DNA of 64,000 nucleotides from Candidatus Latescibacterota bacterium (GTDB taxonomy: Bacteria; Latescibacterota; UBA2968). Numbering within the stretch: position 1 is the stretch's first letter; each line of letters starts with the position of its first letter. The DNA lies in contig OZ241986.1 in assembly GCA_965204375.1 (NCBI GenBank), positions 96,001 through 160,000 of the forward strand, in the 5' to 3' direction. The position numbers were made by a program, and so were the translations under genes. Shown piece by piece: positions 29,260 to 38,952 of the stretch. The notes below the pieces were generated by a model. It was not told where the DNA came from. It made no database searches and saw only the letters and a program-made list of their open reading frames with translations.

Positions 29260-29925
29260 TTATTCCAACAAGCCCAATCTGCTCCAACGGATTTTTTGAA
29301 AAATATTCCACAGAGGCTTTTGGCTATCCCAGGAATAATAAATAAATAAGGGATGAGCTTTTATTTTTTCCATGGAAACCATTCCCCAAAACCGGCTGTC
29401 GTAACTGCTGTCGCGATTGTCTCCCATTACAAAAATGTGTCCCGGTGGCACTGTTTGAGGTCCGTAGTTGTCGCGTGGGCTATGCTGTTTGTGTTCTACT
29501 CTGGGATCTTCGTGCTTAACGCCTTCTGGATTCTCAAATCGCTTTCCATCTACATATACAATTTTGTTTTTGATTTCCACTGTCTGCCCTTCAACTGCAA
29601 TACACCGCTTGATAAAATCTCGCGATTCATCCCGGGGAAATTCAAAAATCACCAGATCACCCGGTTGAGGGGTTGAAAATCCCGGTACGCGAAATGAAGG
29701 CAATTTGGTGTTCAGTATGGGCACGCGGTCGGGTATTTGCGTGCCGAAGGTCAGTTTATCGCCCAACACATAATCGCCTTCTAATAGCGTATCTTCCATC
29801 GATCCCGAGGGAATGTGATACGCTTGTACAAGCGTCCCCCGGATCAAAATGGCTAAAAATATGGCGATTCCAAATTCTCGCAAGTTACTCCGTTTTCGCT
29901 TCTTTTTATTTTTTCTCTTTAGCAT
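29260..29925 (-). CDS. lepB: Signal peptidase I
   Basis: IPSGSMEDTL, FIKRC, MGDNRDSSYDSRFWG. Confidence 0.95.
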   Translation of the reverse strand: MLKRKNKKKRKRSNLREFGIAIFLAILIRGTLVQAYHIPSGSMEDTLLEGDYVLGDKLTFGTQIPDRVPILNTKLPSFRVPGFSTPQPGDLVIFEFPRDESRDFIKRCIAVEGQTVEIKNKIVYVDGKRFENPEGVKHEDPRVEHKQHSPRDNYGPQTVPPGHIFVMGDNRDSSYDSRFWGMVSMEKIKAHPLFIYYSWDSQKPLWNIFQKIRWSRLGLLE

Positions 29926-29971
29926 AGTCCTTCCATTGTGGTGAGTTGTCGGTTATACTGACTGCTTTCTT

Positions 29972-30949
29972 TCAACGATTTTGTGAAAAATAAGTTCGCT
30001 CGGGGTGGCCCGTTTCGGCAGATTTGTTTGCCGCGAGCGAAATATCGAGGCTGCGCAAACCATCTTCAAAGTCAGACAAGATTCCCGATCCATCTCCCGA
30101 ACGAATTGCAGCCATAAATACTTCGTCAATATCTTCCGATTCGAGCATTTCGCCGACCTCAGCTGCACTGCCTGGAAATACAGTTACACCATTCCCATCG
30201 ACGGTCGCTCGCATATCGCGCATGATGATATCAATGCCATTTGATCCACCGCCATTGCGGAGAACGCAGGTGGAACTCAGCGTGCCCACAGCACCATTTT
30301 CAAATTGGAGCGATAGAGCATATACATCGGGGATATCGAGATTTTCGACATCGTTCAATGCGCGGGTGGCGTAATACGCGTGTACTTCTGCAACATCGCC
30401 CACGAGATAACGCAATAAATCGATCTGATGTGTGGTCTGTTCGACAATCTGCCCACCCGACTGCGCCATCACGCGCCACCACGGCGTGCCCGGCAAACCG
30501 CCCCAGCGATAGGCCAGGGCCATGGCGACGGTCTTGTCTTTCAAAAATTCACGCCCCTGTTTTGCCCAGCCCGTATATCGCTGTTGATAGCCTACGGATG
30601 TCAGCACACCTGATTTTTGAACGGCTTGTAGAATTTCCAATCCCTTTTCCATTGATGGCACTACGGGCTTTTCCAATAACATGTGTACACCTTGTTGTGC
30701 CGCCAAAATTTCTGCATCATAATGTGCAAATGTCGGTACGACGACATACATCGCGGTCAAATTTTCACTGTCCAACATCACGCGATAGTCGGTATAAGCC
30801 GTGCCACCAAATTCTGAAGTTGCGCTTTGTGCGGTTTCTTCTTTTATGTCACAAATTGCAACAATCTCGACATCTTCTATATTGGCTAACGCGCGCATAT
30901 GCGACCGCGCACGTCCTCCAGCACCCACAAAACCCACATTAATGCCCAT
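29972..30949 (-). CDS. Gfo/Idh/MocA family oxidoreductase
   Basis: VGFVGAGG, LEKP, VGYQQRY, SGGQIVEQTTHQID. Confidence 0.9.
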   Translation of the reverse strand: MGINVGFVGAGGRARSHMRALANIEDVEIVAICDIKEETAQSATSEFGGTAYTDYRVMLDSENLTAMYVVVPTFAHYDAEILAAQQGVHMLLEKPVVPSMEKGLEILQAVQKSGVLTSVGYQQRYTGWAKQGREFLKDKTVAMALAYRWGGLPGTPWWRVMAQSGGQIVEQTTHQIDLLRYLVGDVAEVHAYYATRALNDVENLDIPDVYALSLQFENGAVGTLSSTCVLRNGGGSNGIDIIMRDMRATVDGNGVTVFPGSAAEVGEMLESEDIDEVFMAAIRSGDGSGILSDFEDGLRSLDISLAANKSAETGHPERTYFSQNR

Positions 30950-30969
30950 TTATATCCTCCATTCAAAAG

Positions 30970-30997
30970 GTGAGAGGTAAAAGGTTAAACGTAAAAG
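30970..30997 (+). repeat. 7-bp tandem repeat (GTRARAN x4)
   Basis: GTGAGAG-GTAAAAG-GTTAAAC-GTAAAAG. Confidence 0.65.
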
Positions 30998-31093
30998 GAC
31001 CACCTAACTCACCAGTTTCCGCCCCTCACCTTTCAAAAATAGACTGCATGACCAGAACTGTCAAGAGGTACGCCCATTATGTGGCCCTTTGCA

Positions 31094-32839
31094 TTATTTT
31101 TTTGCCACTGGACCCTTTGGCGCCTCCTTGCTGTACAATGTACTGCCTCGCTCGTAAGACGCGACGACTGAACCGTCGGCAATTTCCAATCTGGGTACGT
31201 TCTTGTCGAACACATCGCGGTCGGGGCCGCGCATGACGGCCATCTGTTCGTCGGTCATGCCCGAGACGAGATCGCCCCACCGTTTTTCCGGGTGGGTCAA
31301 TTCTCCGCCGCTACGATTGAAGTTGCGCGATGAATATTTGTGCAAAATTCCGCGCCGGGAGATGTCGCTTTTCCACGCCAATGTGCCATGTGTGGTGCCG
31401 CCATCCATGAAGAAGAGCACATCGCCCGCTTTCACCTCTACGTGTTTTACCAATCCCATGTGGTCATCGCAGGTGCGCACGCCCGGGGGGAGTGAATAAT
31501 ACGCTTTGTGCGATCCCGGCACACACGCAAACCCACCGTCGGCTTCAGTCACATCGCGCAACTGCCAGGTTACGGTTACGGCTTCGCAATAGCTTCGTCC
31601 ATTTTGATAGATATATCCTCGCCCGGGATTGAGCGGCTCATTGGAGTCGTGCAGGGAATGGCCCGATGTGCCTTTGACCGCGCAAAATGCTGTTCCCCCA
31701 CCCGTGCGACCACCGCTGGCTCCCATCCAGTTCAACCGATGCTCAACGGCCGGGTGGGCGAGCATTCGTCGAAAGGGGTCACAATGGGGACTGGGCAACT
31801 GTGTCAGCCCACTCAACAGGGGTCTGCCCGTGCCCGCGAGGCTTTTTGACCCGCGTGCAAGTTCGTCGCCAACGACGATTCGATCCTCAAACTTGTCAAT
31901 GGCGGCATTGGCCTGTGCCAGCCATTCTTCATCCATGATTCCGCGCAGTACCAGATACCCGTTCAAATCCCAAAAGTAAAATTCTTTTTCGTCAATGCCC
32001 GAGTTTGGATTTTTCATCAGGAAAGATGGGTGAAAAATCTCGCGGGATTCGTCCAATGTGATTGTCTCACCATCTGTTTTCAAAGTCGGTGGTGGCGTTG
32101 TGTCGCGATATCCTGGACGATATAGCGATGCGCGTTGTTCAGGTGTTAGTTCTGCCATCAAGTCGGATACTGGCATCTTTTCTGTTTCAGGGCCAGGTCC
32201 CGCAGAACGGATCACGCCGCGGCCTACGTATTCGCAGGATAGCAGGCGTTGCGGTCCTTCGCCTTGCCACGGACGCATGCCCTGTACGACGCTCAAGCCG
32301 ACGATGAGCAGATCGCCCGCTTTTAGTTCGGGTTGAAAAATATAATCCGAGTCATCTACACCGGTCAATATATCCTCTGGTGTTTCCACATTTGATTTGT
32401 GGGTACACGGTACGAATACAAAGCCACCGTCTCCGGCTTTGACATCAGAGAGTGCCCAGATTGCGCGTACACCTTCGCAAAATCTTCTATCGTTCTGGTG
32501 ATAATACGCCAGCGCGGGATCTCTCGGCTCATTGCCACCTGCCAGCGGGGCAGAGGTGTCACAGGTTTCGTCACATAGAATTTCGGGTGCGCGGTCGAGC
32601 CTGAAACCGTATCCTACAATTTGATTCAGATACCACACGAGTTGGGGATGGATCAACAAATCGCGGAATGGTTCGCGCAAATCGCCTTCCCAGCCGAGCA
32701 TGCCCTCGAGCGATCCGACCCGATCAATCGCGTCGTTTAACCGCGCGATTTCGGGACGGGTCAGGACCCCCGGCACATGCAAATAACCCGTTAAATCAAA
32801 GGCGTAATTCTCTTCGTTTGTCATCGTTTCCCGGTCCAT
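31094..32839 (-). CDS. Two-domain PhyH-family Fe/2OG oxygenase, copy A
   Basis: AGGAGG SD before MDRETMT; two repeats of (F/W)DL.GYL...GGF..VP.(T/S)HK...KAGD. Confidence 0.85.
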   Translation of the reverse strand: MDRETMTNEENYAFDLTGYLHVPGVLTRPEIARLNDAIDRVGSLEGMLGWEGDLREPFRDLLIHPQLVWYLNQIVGYGFRLDRAPEILCDETCDTSAPLAGGNEPRDPALAYYHQNDRRFCEGVRAIWALSDVKAGDGGFVFVPCTHKSNVETPEDILTGVDDSDYIFQPELKAGDLLIVGLSVVQGMRPWQGEGPQRLLSCEYVGRGVIRSAGPGPETEKMPVSDLMAELTPEQRASLYRPGYRDTTPPPTLKTDGETITLDESREIFHPSFLMKNPNSGIDEKEFYFWDLNGYLVLRGIMDEEWLAQANAAIDKFEDRIVVGDELARGSKSLAGTGRPLLSGLTQLPSPHCDPFRRMLAHPAVEHRLNWMGASGGRTGGGTAFCAVKGTSGHSLHDSNEPLNPGRGYIYQNGRSYCEAVTVTWQLRDVTEADGGFACVPGSHKAYYSLPPGVRTCDDHMGLVKHVEVKAGDVLFFMDGGTTHGTLAWKSDISRRGILHKYSSRNFNRSGGELTHPEKRWGDLVSGMTDEQMAVMRGPDRDVFDKNVPRLEIADGSVVASYERGSTLYSKEAPKGPVAKK

Positions 32840-32981
32840 GGTTGCCTCCTTGACCTCGATTTGCCTGTTTGTCTGCCGATATGCAGGCATGAATGTGGCG
32901 GTTTATTCATGAAAAGCTCAAATTGCTGGAAAAAACAAGTATAAAATGAAACCCTTATTGACCGATTGCTTGACGCATCTC

Positions 32982-33012
32982 AAAAAAAACTGCCCATTTA
33001 AATGGACAGTTT
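32982..33012 (-). terminator. Intrinsic terminator between the duplicated PhyH genes
   Basis: Minus strand AAACTGTCCAT-TTAA-ATGGGCAGTTT-TTTTT. Confidence 0.7.
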
Positions 33013-33032
33013 GTGAGTCGTGACGCTTTGCA

Positions 33033-34778
33033 TTATTTTTTTGCCACTGGACCTTTCGGTGCGTCCTGGCTGTACAATGCACTGCCTCGCTCGTAAGACG
33101 CGACGACTGAACCGTTGGTAATTTCCAATCTGGGCACGTTCTTTCTAAACACATCGCGGTCAGGGCCGCGCATGACTGCCATCTGTTCATCGCTCATGCC
33201 CGAGACGAGATCGCCCCACCGTTTTTCTGGATGGGCCAACTCTCCGCCGCTGCGATTAAAATTGCGCGATGAGTATTTGTGCAAAATTCCGCGCCGCGAG
33301 ATGTCGCTTTTCCACGCGAATGTGCCATGTGAGGTGCTGCCATCCATGAAGAAGAGCACATCGCCTGCTTTCACTTCTATGTGTTTTACCAATCCCATGT
33401 GGTCATCGCAGGAGCGCACACCCGGGGGGGTAGGATAATACGCTTTATGCGATCCCGGCACGCATGCAAACCCACCATCGGCTTCGGTTACATCGCGCAA
33501 CTGCCAGGTTACGGTTACGGCTTCGCAATAACTGCGTCCATTTTGATAAAAGTATCCCCGGGTGGGATTGAGTGGCTCATTGGAGCCATGCTGAGAATGT
33601 CCCGATGTGCCTTTGACCGAGCAAAATGCCGTTCCTCCACCCGTGCGACCACCACTGGCTCCCATCCAGTTCAGCCGATGTTCAACGATCGGATGGGCGA
33701 GCATTCGTCGAAAAGGATCGCAATAGGGGCTGGGCAACTGAGTCAGTCCACCCAACAGGGGCCTGCCCGTGCCCGCAAGGGTTTTTGATCCTTGTGCGAG
33801 TTCGTCGCCAACGACGATTTGATCCTCAAACTTGTCAATGGCGGCATTAGCCTGTGTCAGCCATTCTTCATCCATGATTCCACGCAGTACCAGGTATCCG
33901 TTCAAATCCCAAAAGTAAAATTCTTTTTCGTCAATACCCGAATTTGGATTTTTCATCAGGAAAGATGGGTGAAAAATCTCGCGAGATTCGTCCAATGTGA
34001 TTGTCTCGCCATCTGTTTTCAAAGTCGGTGGCGGCGTTGTATTGCGATATCCAGGGCGATAGAGCGATGCGCGCTGTTCAGGTGTTAGTTCTGCCATCAA
34101 GTCGGATACTGGCATCTTTTCCGTTTCAGGTGCAGGTCCCGCAGAACGGATCACACCGCGGCCTACATATTCGTAGGATAGCAAGCGTTGCGGTCCCTCG
34201 CCATGCCACGGACGCATGCCCTGTACGACGCTCAGACCGACGATGAGCAAATCGCCCGCTTTTAGTTCGGGTAGAAAAAGATAATCTGAGTCATCTACAC
34301 CGGTCAATATATCTTCTGGCGTTTCTACATTTGATTTGTGGGTACACGGTACAAATACAAATCCGCCGTCGCTGGCTTTGGCATCAGAGAGTGCCCAGAT
34401 TACGCGCACGCCTTCGCAAAATCTTCGATCGTTCTGATGATAATATGCCAGCGCGGGGTCTCTCGGCTCATTGCCGCCTTCCAGCGGGGCAGAGGTGTCA
34501 CAGGTTTCGTCACATAGAATTTCGGGGGCGCGGTCGAGTCTGAATCCATGTCCTACAATTTGATTCAGATACCACACGAGTTGGGGATGGATCAACAAAT
34601 CGCGGAATGGTTCGCGCAAATCGCCTTCCCATCCGAGCATGCCCTCAAGCGATCCGGCCCGATCAATCGCGTCGTTTAACCGCGCGATTTCGGGACGGGT
34701 CAAAACTCCCGGTATATGCAAATAACCCGTTAAATCAAAGGCGTAATTCTCTTCTTTTGTCATCGTTTCCCGGTCCAT
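33033..34778 (-). CDS. Two-domain PhyH-family Fe/2OG oxygenase, copy B
   Basis: Same length (1746 nt) and near-identical to copy A; AAGGAGG SD. Confidence 0.85.
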   Translation of the reverse strand: MDRETMTKEENYAFDLTGYLHIPGVLTRPEIARLNDAIDRAGSLEGMLGWEGDLREPFRDLLIHPQLVWYLNQIVGHGFRLDRAPEILCDETCDTSAPLEGGNEPRDPALAYYHQNDRRFCEGVRVIWALSDAKASDGGFVFVPCTHKSNVETPEDILTGVDDSDYLFLPELKAGDLLIVGLSVVQGMRPWHGEGPQRLLSYEYVGRGVIRSAGPAPETEKMPVSDLMAELTPEQRASLYRPGYRNTTPPPTLKTDGETITLDESREIFHPSFLMKNPNSGIDEKEFYFWDLNGYLVLRGIMDEEWLTQANAAIDKFEDQIVVGDELAQGSKTLAGTGRPLLGGLTQLPSPYCDPFRRMLAHPIVEHRLNWMGASGGRTGGGTAFCSVKGTSGHSQHGSNEPLNPTRGYFYQNGRSYCEAVTVTWQLRDVTEADGGFACVPGSHKAYYPTPPGVRSCDDHMGLVKHIEVKAGDVLFFMDGSTSHGTFAWKSDISRRGILHKYSSRNFNRSGGELAHPEKRWGDLVSGMSDEQMAVMRGPDRDVFRKNVPRLEITNGSVVASYERGSALYSQDAPKGPVAKK

Positions 34779-34908
34779 GTCAGCCTCCTTGACTGTAATG
34801 TCCCTGTTTGCCTGCTGGTATGCAGGCATGAATGTGGCGGTTTATTCATGAAAAGCTCAAATTGATGCAAAAAACAAGTATAAAATGTAGCCCCTCTCGA
34901 CCGATTGC

Positions 34909-34937
34909 TTGACGCATTTGATGTAGCTCTGTAAATT
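34909..34937 (+). promoter_or_regulatory. Putative sigma70 promoter of the sulfatase
   Basis: TTGACG-17 nt-TAAATT. Confidence 0.5.
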
Positions 34938-35004
34938 GCGCCTGTTCTTTCTCTAATGCTTGCTTTATTCGGATCACTGAAATTTTTCTGCTGCGAGTAT
35001 CCCA

Positions 35005-36432
35005 ATGGCAAAGTCTCGTCCCAATATTGTGCTTGTGATGTGCGATCAGATGCGCTGGGATGCGGCTGGTTTTGCGGGTAGTTCTGTTGTTCACACGCCC
35101 CATCTGGATCGTCTATCCGAGGGTGGTGTGTGTTTTGAAAATGCCTATTGCGCTTCTCCTGTTTGTTCGCCTGCTCGGGCGAGTTGGTTGACCGGGTGCT
35201 ATCCCCATGCTCACTTGCAATTGCGAAATTACGGGCCACAACGGGGAAAAGACTGGGGGTGTTATCTGCCGCAGGACCGCGTTACGATGGGGGATGTTTT
35301 GAAATGTGCGGGATATCGCTGTGGCATGGTTGGCCCATGGCATCTGGGCGATGACCATGCGCCACAGCACGGGTTTGAGGATTTCTGGCAGACTTATCGA
35401 TATTTGGGCGACGAATATACAGATCCTCTTTTCGATTATTTTGAACGCGAGGGGGTACCCAATCTCTACAGCGATAAGGAAGCCGTCACCCAGTACGGAA
35501 ATATTCTGGCGTTTACCACACTTACAGATCCGAGACAGCAGCGCACGACCTGGACGGTTGACCGCGCGATTGAATTTTTGCGCCAGCAAGAGGATGACCC
35601 GTTTTTCCTTTTTGTGAGTGTTAAGGACCCGCATCCCCTCATCGTTATCCCGCCAGAATTACTCGAACTCTATCCGATAGATCAAATGCCCTTGCCGGAT
35701 TCTTTGCGAGATCCACTTGAGGGTAAACCGCATTTTCAGAACCGTACAAAATTTCGCATGCCCAATACGGTGACAGACCGGCAGTTCCGCGAGATGATTG
35801 CGTATTATTACGCCCTGATTACCCATATTGACGCGCAGGTTGGGCGTCTAATAGACGTTCTCGAAGAACAGAATATGCTCGATAATACGCTCGTGGTTTT
35901 TATGAGCGACCACGGCGAACTGCTCGGCGATCACGGTTGCACAGAAAAGTGTCTGATGTACGAGGCCTCGGTCAGAGTTCCCTGTCTGCTTTCGTGGCCG
36001 CGCACTCTACCGGCGGGTTTGCGCGTGACGACCCCGCTTGCCGGTGTTGATTTAATGCCGACTTTGCTCGATCTGGCAAACGAGGCGCCGCCCGAGAAGA
36101 TCGATGGGCGTTCTGTTGCGGACGCGATTCTGAATGGACGACAACCCAAACCTCAGCCCATTTTTGCCGAGATCGCCAGCCAGGATGCCGTTTATTGGGG
36201 GTCAACAGAAAGAGAGCAGTTTGCCGCGCATGTGATGAATCTCGATGGTCGCTGGAAGTATATTCGCAATCGCTTTGATACCGATGAATTGTACGATTTG
36301 GAAACGGATCCGGACGAAATGCAAAATCTCGCGCAGCTTTCCGAATATCAACCGCGCATTATGGCTATGCGCCAGCAAATCGCCGAGATGATTTGCCATA
36401 CGGGTCCCGGTCCCTACGACTGGTGTTTGTAA
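35005..36432 (+). CDS. Sulfatase (Cys-type)
   Basis: PNIVLVMCDQMR, CSPAR, PHP, SDHG; GPWHLG in place of the usual GKWHLG. Confidence 0.9.
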   Translation: MAKSRPNIVLVMCDQMRWDAAGFAGSSVVHTPHLDRLSEGGVCFENAYCASPVCSPARASWLTGCYPHAHLQLRNYGPQRGKDWGCYLPQDRVTMGDVLKCAGYRCGMVGPWHLGDDHAPQHGFEDFWQTYRYLGDEYTDPLFDYFEREGVPNLYSDKEAVTQYGNILAFTTLTDPRQQRTTWTVDRAIEFLRQQEDDPFFLFVSVKDPHPLIVIPPELLELYPIDQMPLPDSLRDPLEGKPHFQNRTKFRMPNTVTDRQFREMIAYYYALITHIDAQVGRLIDVLEEQNMLDNTLVVFMSDHGELLGDHGCTEKCLMYEASVRVPCLLSWPRTLPAGLRVTTPLAGVDLMPTLLDLANEAPPEKIDGRSVADAILNGRQPKPQPIFAEIASQDAVYWGSTEREQFAAHVMNLDGRWKYIRNRFDTDELYDLETDPDEMQNLAQLSEYQPRIMAMRQQIAEMICHTGPGPYDWCL

Positions 36433-36465
36433 TTGTAGGCAGTGCCAAGAAGGAGAACTAACAAT

Positions 36466-37407
36466 ATGGGAGAATCAACAGGAATGACAGAGCACGACGC
36501 TATTCCATTTGAGGTGTTTGCGGGTTTTGAGCGGCTTGAGAATGTCAATCCCATTCTTGCCTGCGAGCCACCAGAGTGGGCTGCCGCAGCCCATGCGTTT
36601 GTGATGGATGATACGGTGCACTATTTGTGGGGGAGAAGAAAAGAGGGCAACTATTGGATTTTGATGCATAGCACGGCTCCGGTGAATAATCCCGCAAATA
36701 TTGCGCACGATCCGCGCAATCCCGTGCTCTTGCCTTCGAGCGAGGGATTTGACGATTATACAATCGAATATCCTTTTCCGTTTTGGAATCCCGCCGATGG
36801 CAGGTTCTATGTTTATTATTTGGGGCGACGACAAAAGCCGCCAAAGCAGACGGGGCTATTGGTGGGGGATGGCGATTTTGGCAAGTGGACGCGCGTTTGT
36901 CAGACGCCTGTGATTGCCTCAGATACCGCGTATGAGCGACAGGGTTCGTCGCATCCCTCGGTTGTGGTTATAGACGATACCATACATATCATTTATACGG
37001 GGGAGTCGGCAGAGCCACCGACCTTATGCCACGCGACCGCGCCGACAAACGATCCCGCGGCTGTTACCAAAGATCCCGCTAATCCCATTTTTAAGGGTAG
37101 CGGAGAAATGTGGGATAGTTGTGGTGTCCGAGAGGCTGAGATTTTTAAGGGTCCACAGTATTTCCATCTCTTTTACGGGGGGTCCGATGGCGAGGCCTGG
37201 CGGATTGGACATGTGCGAACGCGCGATTTTCGCACCTTTGAACCCAATCCGCACAATCCAATTTTTTCGCCATCGTCAGATCCCGACGCATGGGATTGCG
37301 ACGGGATACTAACGCCCCAGGTGATTGAAATTGACAATCGCTACTACATGGTCTATGCGGGTATGAGAGGGAGGGAGTGGCAGACGGGGCTTGCGGTGGC
37401 TCGCTGA
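36466..37407 (+). CDS. Five-bladed beta-propeller glycoside-hydrolase-like protein (GH43/32/130 clan)
   Basis: Repeated NP(V/I)...(F/W)D blades, YYMVYAG; AAGGAG SD. Confidence 0.7.
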   Translation: MGESTGMTEHDAIPFEVFAGFERLENVNPILACEPPEWAAAAHAFVMDDTVHYLWGRRKEGNYWILMHSTAPVNNPANIAHDPRNPVLLPSSEGFDDYTIEYPFPFWNPADGRFYVYYLGRRQKPPKQTGLLVGDGDFGKWTRVCQTPVIASDTAYERQGSSHPSVVVIDDTIHIIYTGESAEPPTLCHATAPTNDPAAVTKDPANPIFKGSGEMWDSCGVREAEIFKGPQYFHLFYGGSDGEAWRIGHVRTRDFRTFEPNPHNPIFSPSSDPDAWDCDGILTPQVIEIDNRYYMVYAGMRGREWQTGLAVAR

Positions 37408-37432
37408 ATCAACGAATCAACGAATCAACGAA
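37406..37432 (+). repeat. 8-bp tandem repeat GAATCAAC x3
   Basis: Starts within the TGA stop of the upstream gene. Confidence 0.8.
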
Positions 37433-37522
37433 AGAAGCTGGTGATGATCTTGGGGGCAGGGCGGGGTTCGTCTATGAACTGGCCTGAGAGTCGGCCAGTT
37501 GTACCCCGCTCCGTCTATTCGT

Positions 37523-38623
37523 TCAGTCTTTCAGAACGCGGTTGGGCGTGTACTGGTTTGTATAGTGACGCATGTTTCCCACGGCGTTGTTCTGTTTGAT
37601 GGCGTCAGCGGGGAAGGTATGTAGAAACCAGTTGTTGTAGATTTCAGCGCTTTCCTGGGGGATGCCGCGAATGACTACGGCGGGTACACTGGTGGCGTGA
37701 AAGGTGTTGTGGTGGATTAATATAAGATCGCCAGCGATATGCGTATCGTCACCGCGGTCCCGACCTCCGTGCATGTCAAAGCTGTGGCTGTTGGCGTTTT
37801 CCAGAATCAGGTTGTAACGGGCTTCGTAGCTGGTGCCGGGTCTTCCGGTGCCTGCGATGTGGTGGCGACACCAGTCGAACAAATTGGCCTCAATCAAGGC
37901 GTTGGATTGGTCCAGTACCACGCCGTAGCCCAGGCCCTGGCGCTGGTTGTGGTGAAAATAGTTGTGATGGATGTGGTTGTCCGTTGAGCCGGCACGCAGG
38001 AAGATTGCGCCGTGGCTCCAGCCCCAGAGTTCGCAGTTATCGACTTCGAGGTTGGGATATTCGGTCTGGATGGCGCGGGAGTTGGGGATGCTGTAGTAGC
38101 GCCCTTCTGCGTGTAGTTGTCTCATCTGCTCGGTGCGTCTGAGGGTGTCTGGACCCTGAAAGCGAAGGCCAGTGATACGGACGTTGGGCCCGGTGGCGAC
38201 AAAGAGGGGTATGGTTTCGAGTCGTTCGGAGTAGAGCAGGGCACCTTGAGAGCCGGGTTTGCCCCGACCACTGGCGAGTGTGACGCCTCCGCGTATGGCG
38301 ATGTTCTGGTGTCCGGTCAGGTCGATTCTGATGGTATCTACTATATAGACTACCTGGTTGGGACCGGCGAACTCGAGGGCGTCGAACAGTTCCATGCGGT
38401 TTGTGACGAGATATTCGGATGGGTCAAGAAGGCGGTTATAGCCCTCACCACCGCCGATGGGATTGCCGGTGGGGTTGATGTCGGCACCAAATTTGTCATC
38501 GGAAAGCAGGGGTTTTTCCTGCTGGCCGTTGCCATCTGGGGTATCGGGGGTGAGTGGTTTTTCTTTGCCAGAACAGGCGAGCAGAAGGAGCAGGACCGTG
38601 AGATATCGGAGTGTTCCTAACAT
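37523..38623 (-). CDS. Lipoprotein with right-handed parallel beta-helix (pectate-lyase-like fold)
   Basis: LLAC lipobox; repeated IHHN/IEAN/IYNN coils, GLGYG, FDMHG. Confidence 0.75.
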   Translation of the reverse strand: MLGTLRYLTVLLLLLACSGKEKPLTPDTPDGNGQQEKPLLSDDKFGADINPTGNPIGGGEGYNRLLDPSEYLVTNRMELFDALEFAGPNQVVYIVDTIRIDLTGHQNIAIRGGVTLASGRGKPGSQGALLYSERLETIPLFVATGPNVRITGLRFQGPDTLRRTEQMRQLHAEGRYYSIPNSRAIQTEYPNLEVDNCELWGWSHGAIFLRAGSTDNHIHHNYFHHNQRQGLGYGVVLDQSNALIEANLFDWCRHHIAGTGRPGTSYEARYNLILENANSHSFDMHGGRDRGDDTHIAGDLILIHHNTFHATSVPAVVIRGIPQESAEIYNNWFLHTFPADAIKQNNAVGNMRHYTNQYTPNRVLKD

Positions 38624-38691
38624 GTCAATCTCTTTCTCTGAACCACTCACAATACGGAGAGAAATTTTAAGCTTAACTTTGTAATAAAATT

Positions 38692-38952
38692 CTATTGCAA
38701 AGGTGCTAATTTGCTCAATGATTCATGATTTCGCGCTCGTTGCCACAGATTTCTCAAGTCGTTCTGATGTAATGATGCCCACTCAATTGTCAAACCCAAT
38801 GCTCGTGAAGGAAGATTGCCTGCGATTACAGCCAATGTCTCAATATTGATTAGAGCCTCATATTCTGCATATTCCGCATGGAAATGTGGAGGTGGATGAT
38901 CGTTCACATGCATTCTGATAATGATTCCATAAAATCGACATATCTCAGGCAT
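38692..38952 (-). CDS. DUF4160 protein (putative toxin)
   Basis: MPEICRFYGIII.M...DHPPPHFHAEY. Confidence 0.88.
   Translation of the reverse strand: MPEICRFYGIIIRMHVNDHPPPHFHAEYAEYEALINIETLAVIAGNLPSRALGLTIEWASLHQNDLRNLWQRARNHESLSKLAPLQ

Larger units (their letters stand above)
31087..34918. repeat. Tandem duplication, unit offset 1939 bp (gene plus about 140 bp upstream)
   Basis: About 31087-32979 matches about 33026-34918, including the non-coding GAATGTGGCGGTTTATTCATGAAAAGCTCAAATTG...GACCGATTGCTTGACGCAT. Confidence 0.93.
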
